DNA of 64,000 nt from an uncultured Alphaproteobacteria bacterium (GTDB lineage Bacteria > Pseudomonadota > Alphaproteobacteria > RF32 > CAG-239). A program made the translations under genes and the position numbers. The stretch's first letter is position 1; each line of letters opens with the position of its first letter. This document shows, piece after piece, positions 56,963 through 64,000 of this stretch. The notes under the pieces are model-generated. The model ran no database searches and had not been told where the DNA came from. It saw nothing but the letters and a program-made list of their open reading frames with translations. Where the stretch lies: positions 6,135 to 70,134 of the forward strand of contig CASDOS010000059.1 in NCBI GenBank assembly GCA_949282205.1. The letters are read 5' to 3'.

Positions 56963-59581
56963 TTAACCATAACTGCCGTATGCGGGATTAAGACCGTAGC
57001 GGCGTTCCAACGCCGGAGCCAGTCCCGTACCTTTGGAAACATTCCGCGACATGGAATTTTCAATTTTCTCAATCATAATATCCAGATTGAACTTTCCATT
57101 GCCCTGATCTGACTTGGAAACAGAAGTTTTGACGTCTGAAGCGGCATTATTGATTACATTGACGCTGATGTTGACATTTGTTCCGTTATCGCCAAGCGCT
57201 TTCATCTGCTCTCGGGTAAAAATGCCTTCGCCTCTTTTGGCAATAATCGGCACTTCGTCTCCTACGATGCCGCCGGAATGAAATCTGGGTGCATTGGCAA
57301 AAAACAACGGGCTGGCGGATTTTGCCGCCAAATTGTCCGCGCCAATGATTCCGCCGCCATGAGCCATGGAAAATCCAAAAAATCCGCCGATTCCTTCCAT
57401 CAAAGGTTGGGTTATGGCCTGCCTGATGGCAATGCGGGACAAATCGCTGACAACCGCATCGGCAAAATCGGAAAAATTTATTTTTCCTGTGGTAACAAAA
57501 TTTGCAAGAGCGTCTTCCATACCGGAAAAAGCGTTTTTAACCGCATTTTCAGCCAAGCTGGCAAAATCGCCGATTTCATCCTGAATGTTCCGAAAACCGC
57601 GTTTAAAGCCATCTTCCAAAGATTTGGAAGAATTAAGCGCCGTCTCATCGGCCTTTTTAACCATATCGTCATAAACCAGCGCAATCTGTTCTTTATAGGT
57701 TTCATAATCAGCCGAACTGGCATCCAGATTTTTAAGGGCGTTAGCCCGCCACTCGTCCGCTTTTGCCATCGCCTGTTCATACGGCGATTTCAGTTCCAAA
57801 AGCTTTTGTTTGATGTCTTCAAGCGTCTTTTTATATGCATCGGCGTTAGCGGAAGATTTTGGCGTGGCGGTTGTCTCTGTCTCCACTTCAATCTTCGGCC
57901 GCAGTTCTGGATTTTCAAGATATTTCAGCTCCTCCTGCGCCGTCCATGCATCCTGTTCGGCCGCTTTCAGCAGTAAAAGCTTGTTCTGAATTTCCTGCGC
58001 CTGCGGTTGAAAATCCGGATATTCCGCCGCAATTTTCCAAATTTCTCTTTCGTATTGCTCCAAATCTGTCTTTGATTGGCGCAAAATATCTGCCCAGTCC
58101 TTGGCATAAACCTCATAATCCTTGAGCAGGGCGTTCGGTGTGAGGCGTGTAACAAGAGACAAACCGCCGGTATTTTTCAGCTCTTTACGCAAATCACGGA
58201 CATTTTGTTCGGCGGTTTTGAGTTTCAAACCCCACTCCGCCAACGCCATGTCTTTTGTCTGTTCCGCGGAAAAACTCGCCGCTTCTTCAGCCGTGGCTTT
58301 CAACTCGCCCTGAAGTTTTTTCAATGTCTCGGCATGGTCTTCCGCCGCTTTTTTGGCAACATCATGGCTGTCAACCAGTTTATAAATCGCCATTCCGGCC
58401 AAAACCGCCAGCCCCGCCGGTCCGCCGACAAGAGCCAAAGCGCCTTTCAAAACACCGGCGGCTGTTGCCATCAAAGCCATTTGTGCCGCCGCCAATTTGG
58501 AAACATTGCTCATCATCGCAATGCCGGCAACCGCCGATTTGGCGGAAATAGAAAGCCCGGCCATGGATACCTGTACATATCCGATTCCGGCTCGCAACAG
58601 ATTTAATCCACCCAAGATTGCCGATGAACCAAGCCGTGCCGCCAGCAGAACCAGCGCCGCATCGGCATGCTCCGCCAGCAGGAAAAAAGCATCCGCCGCA
58701 ACGGTTACCGCGCTTGCCAAAGTTTTACCAACAACATCAGCCGCACTTTCGCCTCTTTCCACCAATTCGTTAAAACGGGTAAAAGTGGCTTTTAAAGCGT
58801 CATTCAAACCACTTTGGCCGACTTGACGGTAAAGTTTTTCAAAACTGTCCTCAATGTTGGACAGCACGCCGTTCATGGTTTTCATCTGCTCGTCCATTGC
58901 TCCGGCGAACTGGACATTTCCCAAAGAACGGAGATATTTTTCTATATCCGCGGCGTTTTTCTTAACTGTTGTCGTAACTCCGGCAAAAGTAAATTTGACT
59001 TCATCAGTCAGGGTATTGGCTTTGATTCCAAAGCTTTTAAGGCGTTCAAACTCTCCGACTGTTGCATCAGCGACTGCCTCCACAAAATCAATCATATTTC
59101 TGCTAAACGCCGATGCCGTATTTCCATAAGAAGTCAGAGCTTCTTCAGACGGATCAAGCCCTAAAGCCTGTAACCGGATAAAAGCCTCCACAATTTCGTT
59201 GAGCTGGTACGGTGTGTCAACGGCAAATTTTTCAATCAGGGCAAAAGCCTCCTGTGCCGCTTCCTTTGAGCCGGTAACCGTTTTAAGCGATGCCGAAAGT
59301 TTTTCAAAGGTCGTGTTGGCGCTGAAAATAGCGGAAAAAGTATTTTTGAGTCCCTGAGAACCCAGATACGCGCCAAACAACGCCGTTCCCTGACGGATGA
59401 CTTCATTGAAAGACCGGGCGGTTGCATCCAGAGCTTTTAAATTATCATTGGCCGGCTGAATAACCTGTGTAATCCGCCGAAAAGCCCTGTCGCCATCCGC
59501 TCCTAAGCTTTTGAACTCCCGCCGGACTTTATCGCCGCCCACCGCCGATAACCTGATATTTAAATTCTTAACCGCACTCAT
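56963..59581 (-). CDS. Tail tape-measure protein
   Basis: 872 aa, alpha-helical, A/L/K/E-rich; immediately downstream of the G/GT genes. Confidence 0.85.
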   Translation of the reverse strand: MSAVKNLNIRLSAVGGDKVRREFKSLGADGDRAFRRITQVIQPANDNLKALDATARSFNEVIRQGTALFGAYLGSQGLKNTFSAIFSANTTFEKLSASLKTVTGSKEAAQEAFALIEKFAVDTPYQLNEIVEAFIRLQALGLDPSEEALTSYGNTASAFSRNMIDFVEAVADATVGEFERLKSFGIKANTLTDEVKFTFAGVTTTVKKNAADIEKYLRSLGNVQFAGAMDEQMKTMNGVLSNIEDSFEKLYRQVGQSGLNDALKATFTRFNELVERGESAADVVGKTLASAVTVAADAFFLLAEHADAALVLLAARLGSSAILGGLNLLRAGIGYVQVSMAGLSISAKSAVAGIAMMSNVSKLAAAQMALMATAAGVLKGALALVGGPAGLAVLAGMAIYKLVDSHDVAKKAAEDHAETLKKLQGELKATAEEAASFSAEQTKDMALAEWGLKLKTAEQNVRDLRKELKNTGGLSLVTRLTPNALLKDYEVYAKDWADILRQSKTDLEQYEREIWKIAAEYPDFQPQAQEIQNKLLLLKAAEQDAWTAQEELKYLENPELRPKIEVETETTATPKSSANADAYKKTLEDIKQKLLELKSPYEQAMAKADEWRANALKNLDASSADYETYKEQIALVYDDMVKKADETALNSSKSLEDGFKRGFRNIQDEIGDFASLAENAVKNAFSGMEDALANFVTTGKINFSDFADAVVSDLSRIAIRQAITQPLMEGIGGFFGFSMAHGGGIIGADNLAAKSASPLFFANAPRFHSGGIVGDEVPIIAKRGEGIFTREQMKALGDNGTNVNISVNVINNAASDVKTSVSKSDQGNGKFNLDIMIEKIENSMSRNVSKGTGLAPALERRYGLNPAYGSYG

Positions 59582-59871
59582 TTATCTCTTGATTTCCTAA
59601 AATAGCAAATATTCCTATCGGCAAAAGTTCACTTATCAGCTCCATATCAAACCCAAGGTTTTGAGCAAGATTAAGAGCCAAGGGTAAATCAGGCTTAAGA
59701 AGTTTCAGCAAAATTTCCCACGCCTGATATCCGACATCAGTTCCCAGCGCTGTTTCTATATATCGGCATTTGTGGAACGGGCAGAAGGTTTTGCCGTCTT
59801 CTCCGCATCCTCTGCAGTAGCTTCGCCCATCGCCGAAGTGCCATCTGGCGCGGGCGTAGAGACGTTTTTTT
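59568..59871 (-). CDS. gpT-like -1 frame extension (expressed only as a G-T fusion by programmed frameshift)
   Basis: Open ~100-codon -1 frame beginning exactly at the slippery A_AAA_AAC (rc of 59864-59871) and ending at a TAA that overlaps the tape-measure ATG. Confidence 0.5.
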
Positions 59872-60283
59872 CAGCTTCTAATACCTCCCTCAAACCGCAA
59901 TACTGGTTGCGGAAGTTTTCCGCCACCGCCCAAAAATTGGAAAACAGCTCGTCAATCTTACTTTCCGTTAGCGGTGCAGATTTGTCTTCATCGGCCTCCA
60001 TCACACCATCCCATTCTAAAATGCCGGCAATCCCCAGGCCGATAAGCAAAAACTTATCCGCCAACGCCTCACATTTGACAGGATTTTCAATGCTTTCTGC
60101 TGTCCCGTCTTCGATTCCCGCCTCTTTATTAGCCTTATAAGTTTTAGCCAATTCCGCCAACTTACTATTCATGTAGGCTTTGGCCTCATAAAAAACGGCC
60201 GAAGTACACGGCTTAACCTTGACTTTCACACCGTAACCAAGCTCCAGCCAGTACGGTTCTTTTTGTATTTTTAATTTCAGCAT
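59756..60283 (-). CDS. Tail assembly chaperone gpG-like
   Basis: Position between the tail tube and tape measure; acidic C-terminus; slippery site near the 3' end. Confidence 0.65.
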   Translation of the reverse strand: MLKLKIQKEPYWLELGYGVKVKVKPCTSAVFYEAKAYMNSKLAELAKTYKANKEAGIEDGTAESIENPVKCEALADKFLLIGLGIAGILEWDGVMEADEDKSAPLTESKIDELFSNFWAVAENFRNQYCGLREVLEAEKNVSTPAPDGTSAMGEATAEDAEKTAKPSARSTNADI

Positions 60284-61228
60284 TTAGTATTCCTCCACAT
60301 CATTAACCAGTGTTACCGTCATCATTTTGCCCAAGTCCTGATCTTTTGCTCCCTGAAAATCATACGAACATTCGATTCCACCCGGACCGTCAATTGAGCG
60401 TTTGGGTTTGGGCAGATAGACTTCATGGCAGGAAATAACAAGCTTCATTGTTTCCGAAAGCTGATAACCCAACTCAATGTCCACCGGCGTTCCGGCTCTG
60501 GCTTTGTCAAGCAGAACATTATCGGCATATTTTGCGGAAATGCTGCCGGACAAACTCGCCACGCCCAAATCAATCGCCTCAACCTTGCCATCGTTACGGA
60601 TGGTTTCGATTTTTTCCAGATTGTTGGAATAAGTGGCGTTTGCTGAAACAATATTGGCCAAAAACTCACCACCGCTCTTTATATATCCCTGAAATTGCGA
60701 CACACGGGTGTAGGGATAAATTTCCGGAGCCGTGTCGATAGCCGTTTCCGAGCCGCTTTCACCCTGCGCCATCAGATTGATAGTTGCCTGCGCTTCTCCA
60801 GATCGTTGAAAATTAAAAGCAATGCTGTTGGCGCGCACACCGGAAAACCTGATAAACTGCGGAATTTCCGGCAATCCGACCTCCAGCGAATAACTCGGAA
60901 CAGATGTTTTCCCGCTTTCAAAAATATGAGTAAAACTCCCGTCTTCATTGTTAGTTGTGGCCGGTGCGCCGAACACAGCCTTCAGCCAAAGGCCAATGTT
61001 GCGCATATCCAACGGGACGGCCATATCTCCATCTACGTTGATGACATCCTGAAAAGGCTGTGTCGGGTCGCGTCCCAATCCCAGAACATTGGACGACACA
61101 AGATTTTGCTCGCTGTCCAAAGATGAGGAAATAAACGGGATTTTCCGATAATTTTCTTCCGGCGGCACGCCGTACTCATTTTCTTCAGCAATTAAAAGCT
61201 GGGCATTCCAGCCATAGGCTCTGCTCAT
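60284..61228 (-). CDS. Major tail tube protein (gpV-like)
   Basis: Position; 314 aa; beta-rich composition. Confidence 0.6.
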   Translation of the reverse strand: MSRAYGWNAQLLIAEENEYGVPPEENYRKIPFISSSLDSEQNLVSSNVLGLGRDPTQPFQDVINVDGDMAVPLDMRNIGLWLKAVFGAPATTNNEDGSFTHIFESGKTSVPSYSLEVGLPEIPQFIRFSGVRANSIAFNFQRSGEAQATINLMAQGESGSETAIDTAPEIYPYTRVSQFQGYIKSGGEFLANIVSANATYSNNLEKIETIRNDGKVEAIDLGVASLSGSISAKYADNVLLDKARAGTPVDIELGYQLSETMKLVISCHEVYLPKPKRSIDGPGGIECSYDFQGAKDQDLGKMMTVTLVNDVEEY

Positions 61229-61244
61229 AGGGTATTCCTTTCAC

Positions 61245-61673
61245 TTAAGTCAAATTTGAATCAGAAACATATTCCAGTGTTACCGGCACAATGGCCGCTT
61301 TGATGGTTAATCCCCCCTCAACCGGCTGTTCGATAAACTCCGGCGGTTCTGCATGCATGTGATCAATTAATCCGGAGAGCGTCACATCAACCGTCAATAA
61401 ACGCCCAACAGCTTCCAACAGACGGTCAAGTCTGGCATCATTATCGGCATCGTCTGTTTTTTGCACCAGAACCTCAATCTCTGCCCGATGATGGAACACA
61501 TAACACACCGGTGACAGCAAAATCTCCGGTTCGCCGATATTTCCATCCCGCAGGACCACCAGACCTGAAGAAGGAATTTTAACCGGAAGCGAGATATTGC
61601 GTCTGACTTCCGTGTCCGGCAACGCAGAAAGCTTGTCAAACAGGGCCTGTAAAACTTGTTCACGTTTGCTCAC
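61245..61673 (-). CDS. Tail terminator gpU-like
   Basis: Position and size. Confidence 0.5.
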   Translation of the reverse strand: MSKREQVLQALFDKLSALPDTEVRRNISLPVKIPSSGLVVLRDGNIGEPEILLSPVCYVFHHRAEIEVLVQKTDDADNDARLDRLLEAVGRLLTVDVTLSGLIDHMHAEPPEFIEQPVEGGLTIKAAIVPVTLEYVSDSNLT

Positions 61674-62253
61674 GCCAATTCTCCAAAATTAAAGACGGCA
61701 GTTTTGCCTGCCATTTTGCACCTTCCGCGGCAAAATTAATCAGTTTGGGCATTCTAACCTGTGGCACAAGAACAAAAGCGACGATTGTTTTCCTTTTTTG
61801 TTCATGCACCAAAAGCGACGCGCCGTTTTTCCGATACACGAACCGCAGACGAACACCTTTTGACCTTTCATATAAAGCCGGCGTCATGCGTTTGTTGCGG
61901 ATTCGTTTGGAAATGGCGGCAGTCGGTATCACCAGCCACAAGCCGTTTTTGCCGCGAATAACTGTCTGATACTCAAAGCCTTCCATAATTTTCTGAGCCT
62001 TGGTATAGACCACGCCGGCGGCGGAAATGCTATTTTTAGCTTTTGGATAAATATCCCCCCGCCAGGTGTTGGCCAGTCTTGAACCAAGTCCCGCGGATTT
62101 GACCTGTATTCGCATGGCGGTCTTTAAACCATTGGCGGCAAGAGACACCCCTTTAGTCACTGCTCTGGCACAGTTTTGATACTCTCGTTCCATATATTCC
62201 ACCAAACTGCCTTCCACAGCCGCTTTTAAACGCATACCAGATTGCAACTCCAT
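61660..62253 (-). CDS. Tail completion protein gpZ-like
   Basis: Position and size (~190 aa), basic. Confidence 0.45.
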   Translation of the reverse strand: MELQSGMRLKAAVEGSLVEYMEREYQNCARAVTKGVSLAANGLKTAMRIQVKSAGLGSRLANTWRGDIYPKAKNSISAAGVVYTKAQKIMEGFEYQTVIRGKNGLWLVIPTAAISKRIRNKRMTPALYERSKGVRLRFVYRKNGASLLVHEQKRKTIVAFVLVPQVRMPKLINFAAEGAKWQAKLPSLILENWREQT

Positions 62254-62522
62254 ATCAGATTATGGATGTCTGTGACAGGTTCGGAACGGACAGCATAAAT
62301 TTTGCCGTCCATTCCGATTTTATCACCAACTCTTAAATCCGGCGCATCGGAAATTCTGATCTTTGCCCGATGTGTGCCGGAATGGGCATTGACAAACCCG
62401 ACTTCGGTTATCTCATCAGGCTCGCTTAAAATCAGGCGGACAGAATTATTTTTGTATATTGCCGTCCGTCCCAGCCGGTTGAACAAACTGTCCGCTGCCG
62501 TTTTCATCGGGTTTACCGTCAT
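62226..62522 (-). CDS. Head-tail joining protein gpFII-like
   Basis: Similarity pattern to lambda FII (SLF...LRxGDxIxxxGxxY). Confidence 0.5.
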   Translation of the reverse strand: MTVNPMKTAADSLFNRLGRTAIYKNNSVRLILSEPDEITEVGFVNAHSGTHRAKIRISDAPDLRVGDKIGMDGKIYAVRSEPVTDIHNLIWSCNLVCV

Positions 62523-62712
62523 TTTCCTTATTCTCCGCTTGCTTCTTACCAGAGTCGGACGCAGAATTCGTCGCCGACCCTTTGATTAATTTTTCCGCAA
62601 ATCCCAAAGAAATCAGCCGATTGGCTTCCGTTTCGCTGACATCGCAGATATTGCCAGGCAATATTTCTTTATTTTTACCGATAACCAGAGTAATCAAAGC
62701 CCTTATTTTCAT
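62446..62712 (-). CDS. Small acidic head protein (FI-slot); start moved to MKIRAL, which has a GGAGG ribosome-binding site
   Basis: The track ORF started inside the capsid gene; the internal ATG has a strong ribosome-binding site. Confidence 0.4.
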   Translation of the reverse strand: MKIRALITLVIGKNKEILPGNICDVSETEANRLISLGFAEKLIKGSATNSASDSGKKQAENKENDGKPDENGSGQFVQPAGTDGNIQK

Positions 62713-62723
62713 TTTTGCCTCCT

Positions 62724-63752
62724 TTACCCAATGGTTACGCACATGGAGGCGTTCGGCCGATACGGAACAACCAGCGGGGCGGACTGCAGCAACAGCCAGC
62801 GCACACTGGGATCTTCTTCTATCCACGACTTTGTAAAATAGCGGCTGGCCGTCCAGTTGGCTTTTTCATCATGAATGGCACCGTAGCAGCGTGTTCCCTC
62901 CAGTCCATCGCGAGATCCGAGCAGTACCGTCTTTTCCGGCAGAAGCTTTGCCGTCTGTCCGGCGTCATTGATGTAGGTGTCGTTATAAACCCAGATATCA
63001 AAATCGCCGATTGAACCGATATAACGGGCTTTGGCATCTTCCGAACGCAACATCGGATCGATGGAAAGACTGTTGTTTGTGCCACGGCGGACGTCCAGAT
63101 ATTTCTGCACGATGTCATTGCCCCGGAAAATTTTCCACGCCTGCGGATCCATAACCACGGTTTTGGCGACCACGCCGGATTTGTCCTGAATGGCAATCGC
63201 CCAGTCTTCCAGATTGTCAATCGGATTGACGACGGCGGTTTCCCAGGTTGACGAACCGCTCAAAGCCTTGGTTAACGTCTCATCTCTCCCGAAATCAACC
63301 GTCTGCGCCGGATAGCCGTCCCCGGATACGATAACTTTGCCGGTGCGCAGAATTTCTGCCGCCATCACTTCCTCGCGGCGGGTCAGATTGTCTAATTGAT
63401 CCTTAAGATGCGTTGCCAATGCCCGTTCATAACGCTGAGCCGGGGACAAAGAACCGCCAATTGCCTCGCCGGCAACACGTTTATAAGGTATATTGGCATC
63501 AAAGCGGCGTTTGTCCTTGACATACGCCGGTTTAAACGATTTGGTCTGATAACCGCCGCCGTCAACGACCTTTCCCGGCAGCAGGGGCGACACAAACGGC
63601 GATATTCTCGGTTTGCTGTCCGTCACATCAAAGAAAATCTCTTCCTTGTCGGAAGTCTGAACATTTGGAAAAAACGTATCCAAAAGAAATGACGGCGGTG
63701 TCCGCAGGCGTTCCACCACTTTGACCAACACTTGGGTTGAAAAAATATCCAT
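62724..63752 (-). CDS. Major capsid protein, lambda gpE family
   Basis: Length 342 vs 341 aa; conserved blocks LDVRRGTNNS / EGTRCYGAIHD / QSAPLVVP match lambda E. Confidence 0.85.
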   Translation of the reverse strand: MDIFSTQVLVKVVERLRTPPSFLLDTFFPNVQTSDKEEIFFDVTDSKPRISPFVSPLLPGKVVDGGGYQTKSFKPAYVKDKRRFDANIPYKRVAGEAIGGSLSPAQRYERALATHLKDQLDNLTRREEVMAAEILRTGKVIVSGDGYPAQTVDFGRDETLTKALSGSSTWETAVVNPIDNLEDWAIAIQDKSGVVAKTVVMDPQAWKIFRGNDIVQKYLDVRRGTNNSLSIDPMLRSEDAKARYIGSIGDFDIWVYNDTYINDAGQTAKLLPEKTVLLGSRDGLEGTRCYGAIHDEKANWTASRYFTKSWIEEDPSVRWLLLQSAPLVVPYRPNASMCVTIG

Positions 63753-63764
63753 CTGTTTATGCTC

Positions 63765-64000
63765 CTAATATGCTTGGTTGTTTTTGATAAAAATGCTTTT
63801 GGCGCGGAGAGCGTCTTTCAGGCCATCGACCGTAAGCCCACTCCCGACAGTCAGCGCCGCCGCGTTGAACTCCCCGGTCAGATAAACAACGGCCTGTTTG
63901 TCTTCTTCCGATGCATCGACCGCTTCCGCCAGAACGGCGTAAGCATCCTTTGAACCATCCGTTGCCGCCGATGTGCAAATCGTGCATTTGCCGCTGGCCG
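63765..64000 (-). CDS. Head decoration protein gpD-like (3' part only; continues beyond window)
   Basis: Open frame ...TGEFNAAALTVGSGLTVDGLKDALRAKSIFIKNNQAY* ending 12 nt before the capsid gene ribosome-binding site; this differs from the track ORF frame. Confidence 0.4.
   Translation of the reverse strand, partial: ASGKCTICTSAATDGSKDAYAVLAEAVDASEEDKQAVVYLTGEFNAAALTVGSGLTVDGLKDALRAKSIFIKNNQAY

Larger units (their letters stand above)
49613..64000 (-). mobile_element. Lambda-like prophage (head-tail-lysis modules; right end beyond the window)
   Basis: gpE/FII/Z/U/V/G-GT/H/M/L/K/I-J homolog order followed by a holin-spanin cassette. Confidence 0.8.

Noticed and set aside
57278-58606. Long plus-strand ORFs (232 aa, 176 aa, 98 aa, 109 aa) inside the tape-measure gene
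   Set aside because: Antisense to a well-supported 872-aa tape-measure CDS; R/G/F-rich translations typical of reverse-frame artefacts.
62446-62522. 77-nt overlap between the FI-slot gene and the FII-like gene as a possible programmed frameshift
   Set aside because: No slippery heptamer seen in the overlap; an alternative internal start (MKTAAD) shortens the overlap, so it is more likely start-site ambiguity.
63757-63987. 76-aa minus ORF from the track (MHDLHIGGNG...)
   Set aside because: An adjacent frame gives a protein-like, edge-truncated sequence ending just before the capsid ribosome-binding site (decoration-protein-like); the track ORF is R/G-rich and looks like a frame artefact.
1-64000. 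CRISPR arrays, tRNA, rRNA, IS elements with terminal inverted repeats
   Set aside because: No regularly spaced direct repeats with unique spacers, no cloverleaf-like or rRNA-like segments, and no transposase ORFs were seen; only the tandem repeats listed above.

Overview
Low-GC (~38-40%) bacterial chromosome segment with Firmicutes-style expression signals (TTGACA/TAnnAT promoters, strong AGGAGG ribosome-binding sites, hairpin+U-tract terminators). A lambda-like prophage lysis cassette with embedded Rz/Rz1-type spanins points to a diderm host, most plausibly a Negativicutes such as Veillonella (inference). No rRNA, tRNA or CRISPR array was seen. Layout: (1) 1-11.1 kb: phosphatidylserine decarboxylase followed by a mosaic cluster of about ten glycosyltransferase or glycosyltransferase-associated genes (GT2 x4, GT4 x2, GT32-like, CgeB-like, DxD protein, DUF1796), presumably an LPS/oligosaccharide or capsule locus. 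(2) 11-15.4 kb: MORN-repeat protein, HNH protein, and a redox set (secreted thioredoxin-like protein, flavin-reductase/rubredoxin fusion, secreted nitroreductase, Fe-S flavoprotein). (3) 15.4-23.3 kb, the most unusual part: four genes whose only shared feature is a C-terminal DnaJ-type J domain (HPD motif) on wholly different N-termini (multi-TM membrane domain, soluble domain, TM plus perfect 60-bp-repeat coiled coil, TM plus 42-bp-repeat coiled coil). Each sits behind a near-identical terminator/promoter/leader cassette carrying a conserved uORF start (ATG GAC TTA AAA). Interleaved with them are two divergently transcribed ~475-aa paralogous proteins of unknown family. (4) 23.3-30 kb: SDR epimerase, beta-carbonic anhydrase, secreted low-complexity protein, NUDIX/kinase operon. 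(5) 30.4-44.7 kb: accessory island with a Fic / LMW-PTP / unknown operon, a secreted PLD-family nuclease, and a large-serine-recombinase element carrying two ParB/Srx-like genes, a metallophosphoesterase, a Dcm-type C5-methyltransferase with a putative restriction-endonuclease partner, and a very AT-rich two-gene operon of large unknown proteins (candidate defence cargo). (6) 44.7-48.6 kb: minus-strand operon TagD-like / TagF-like / acetyltransferase / GT2 / GT2. Its upstream region holds two inversely oriented, internally palindromic 14-18-bp sites about 130 bp apart (core AA vs TT) right next to a 198-aa Hin/resolvase-type serine recombinase: a candidate invertible promoter switch, apparently OFF in this orientation. 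(7) 49.6-64 kb: truncated lambda-like prophage on the minus strand: decoration protein (partial), major capsid gpE-like, FII/Z/U/V-like, G/GT chaperone with a canonical A_AAA_AAC -1 frameshift site, tape measure, M/L/K-like, an I-J fusion tail-tip protein, a DUF1016 nuclease moron, and a holin/spanin lysis cassette.
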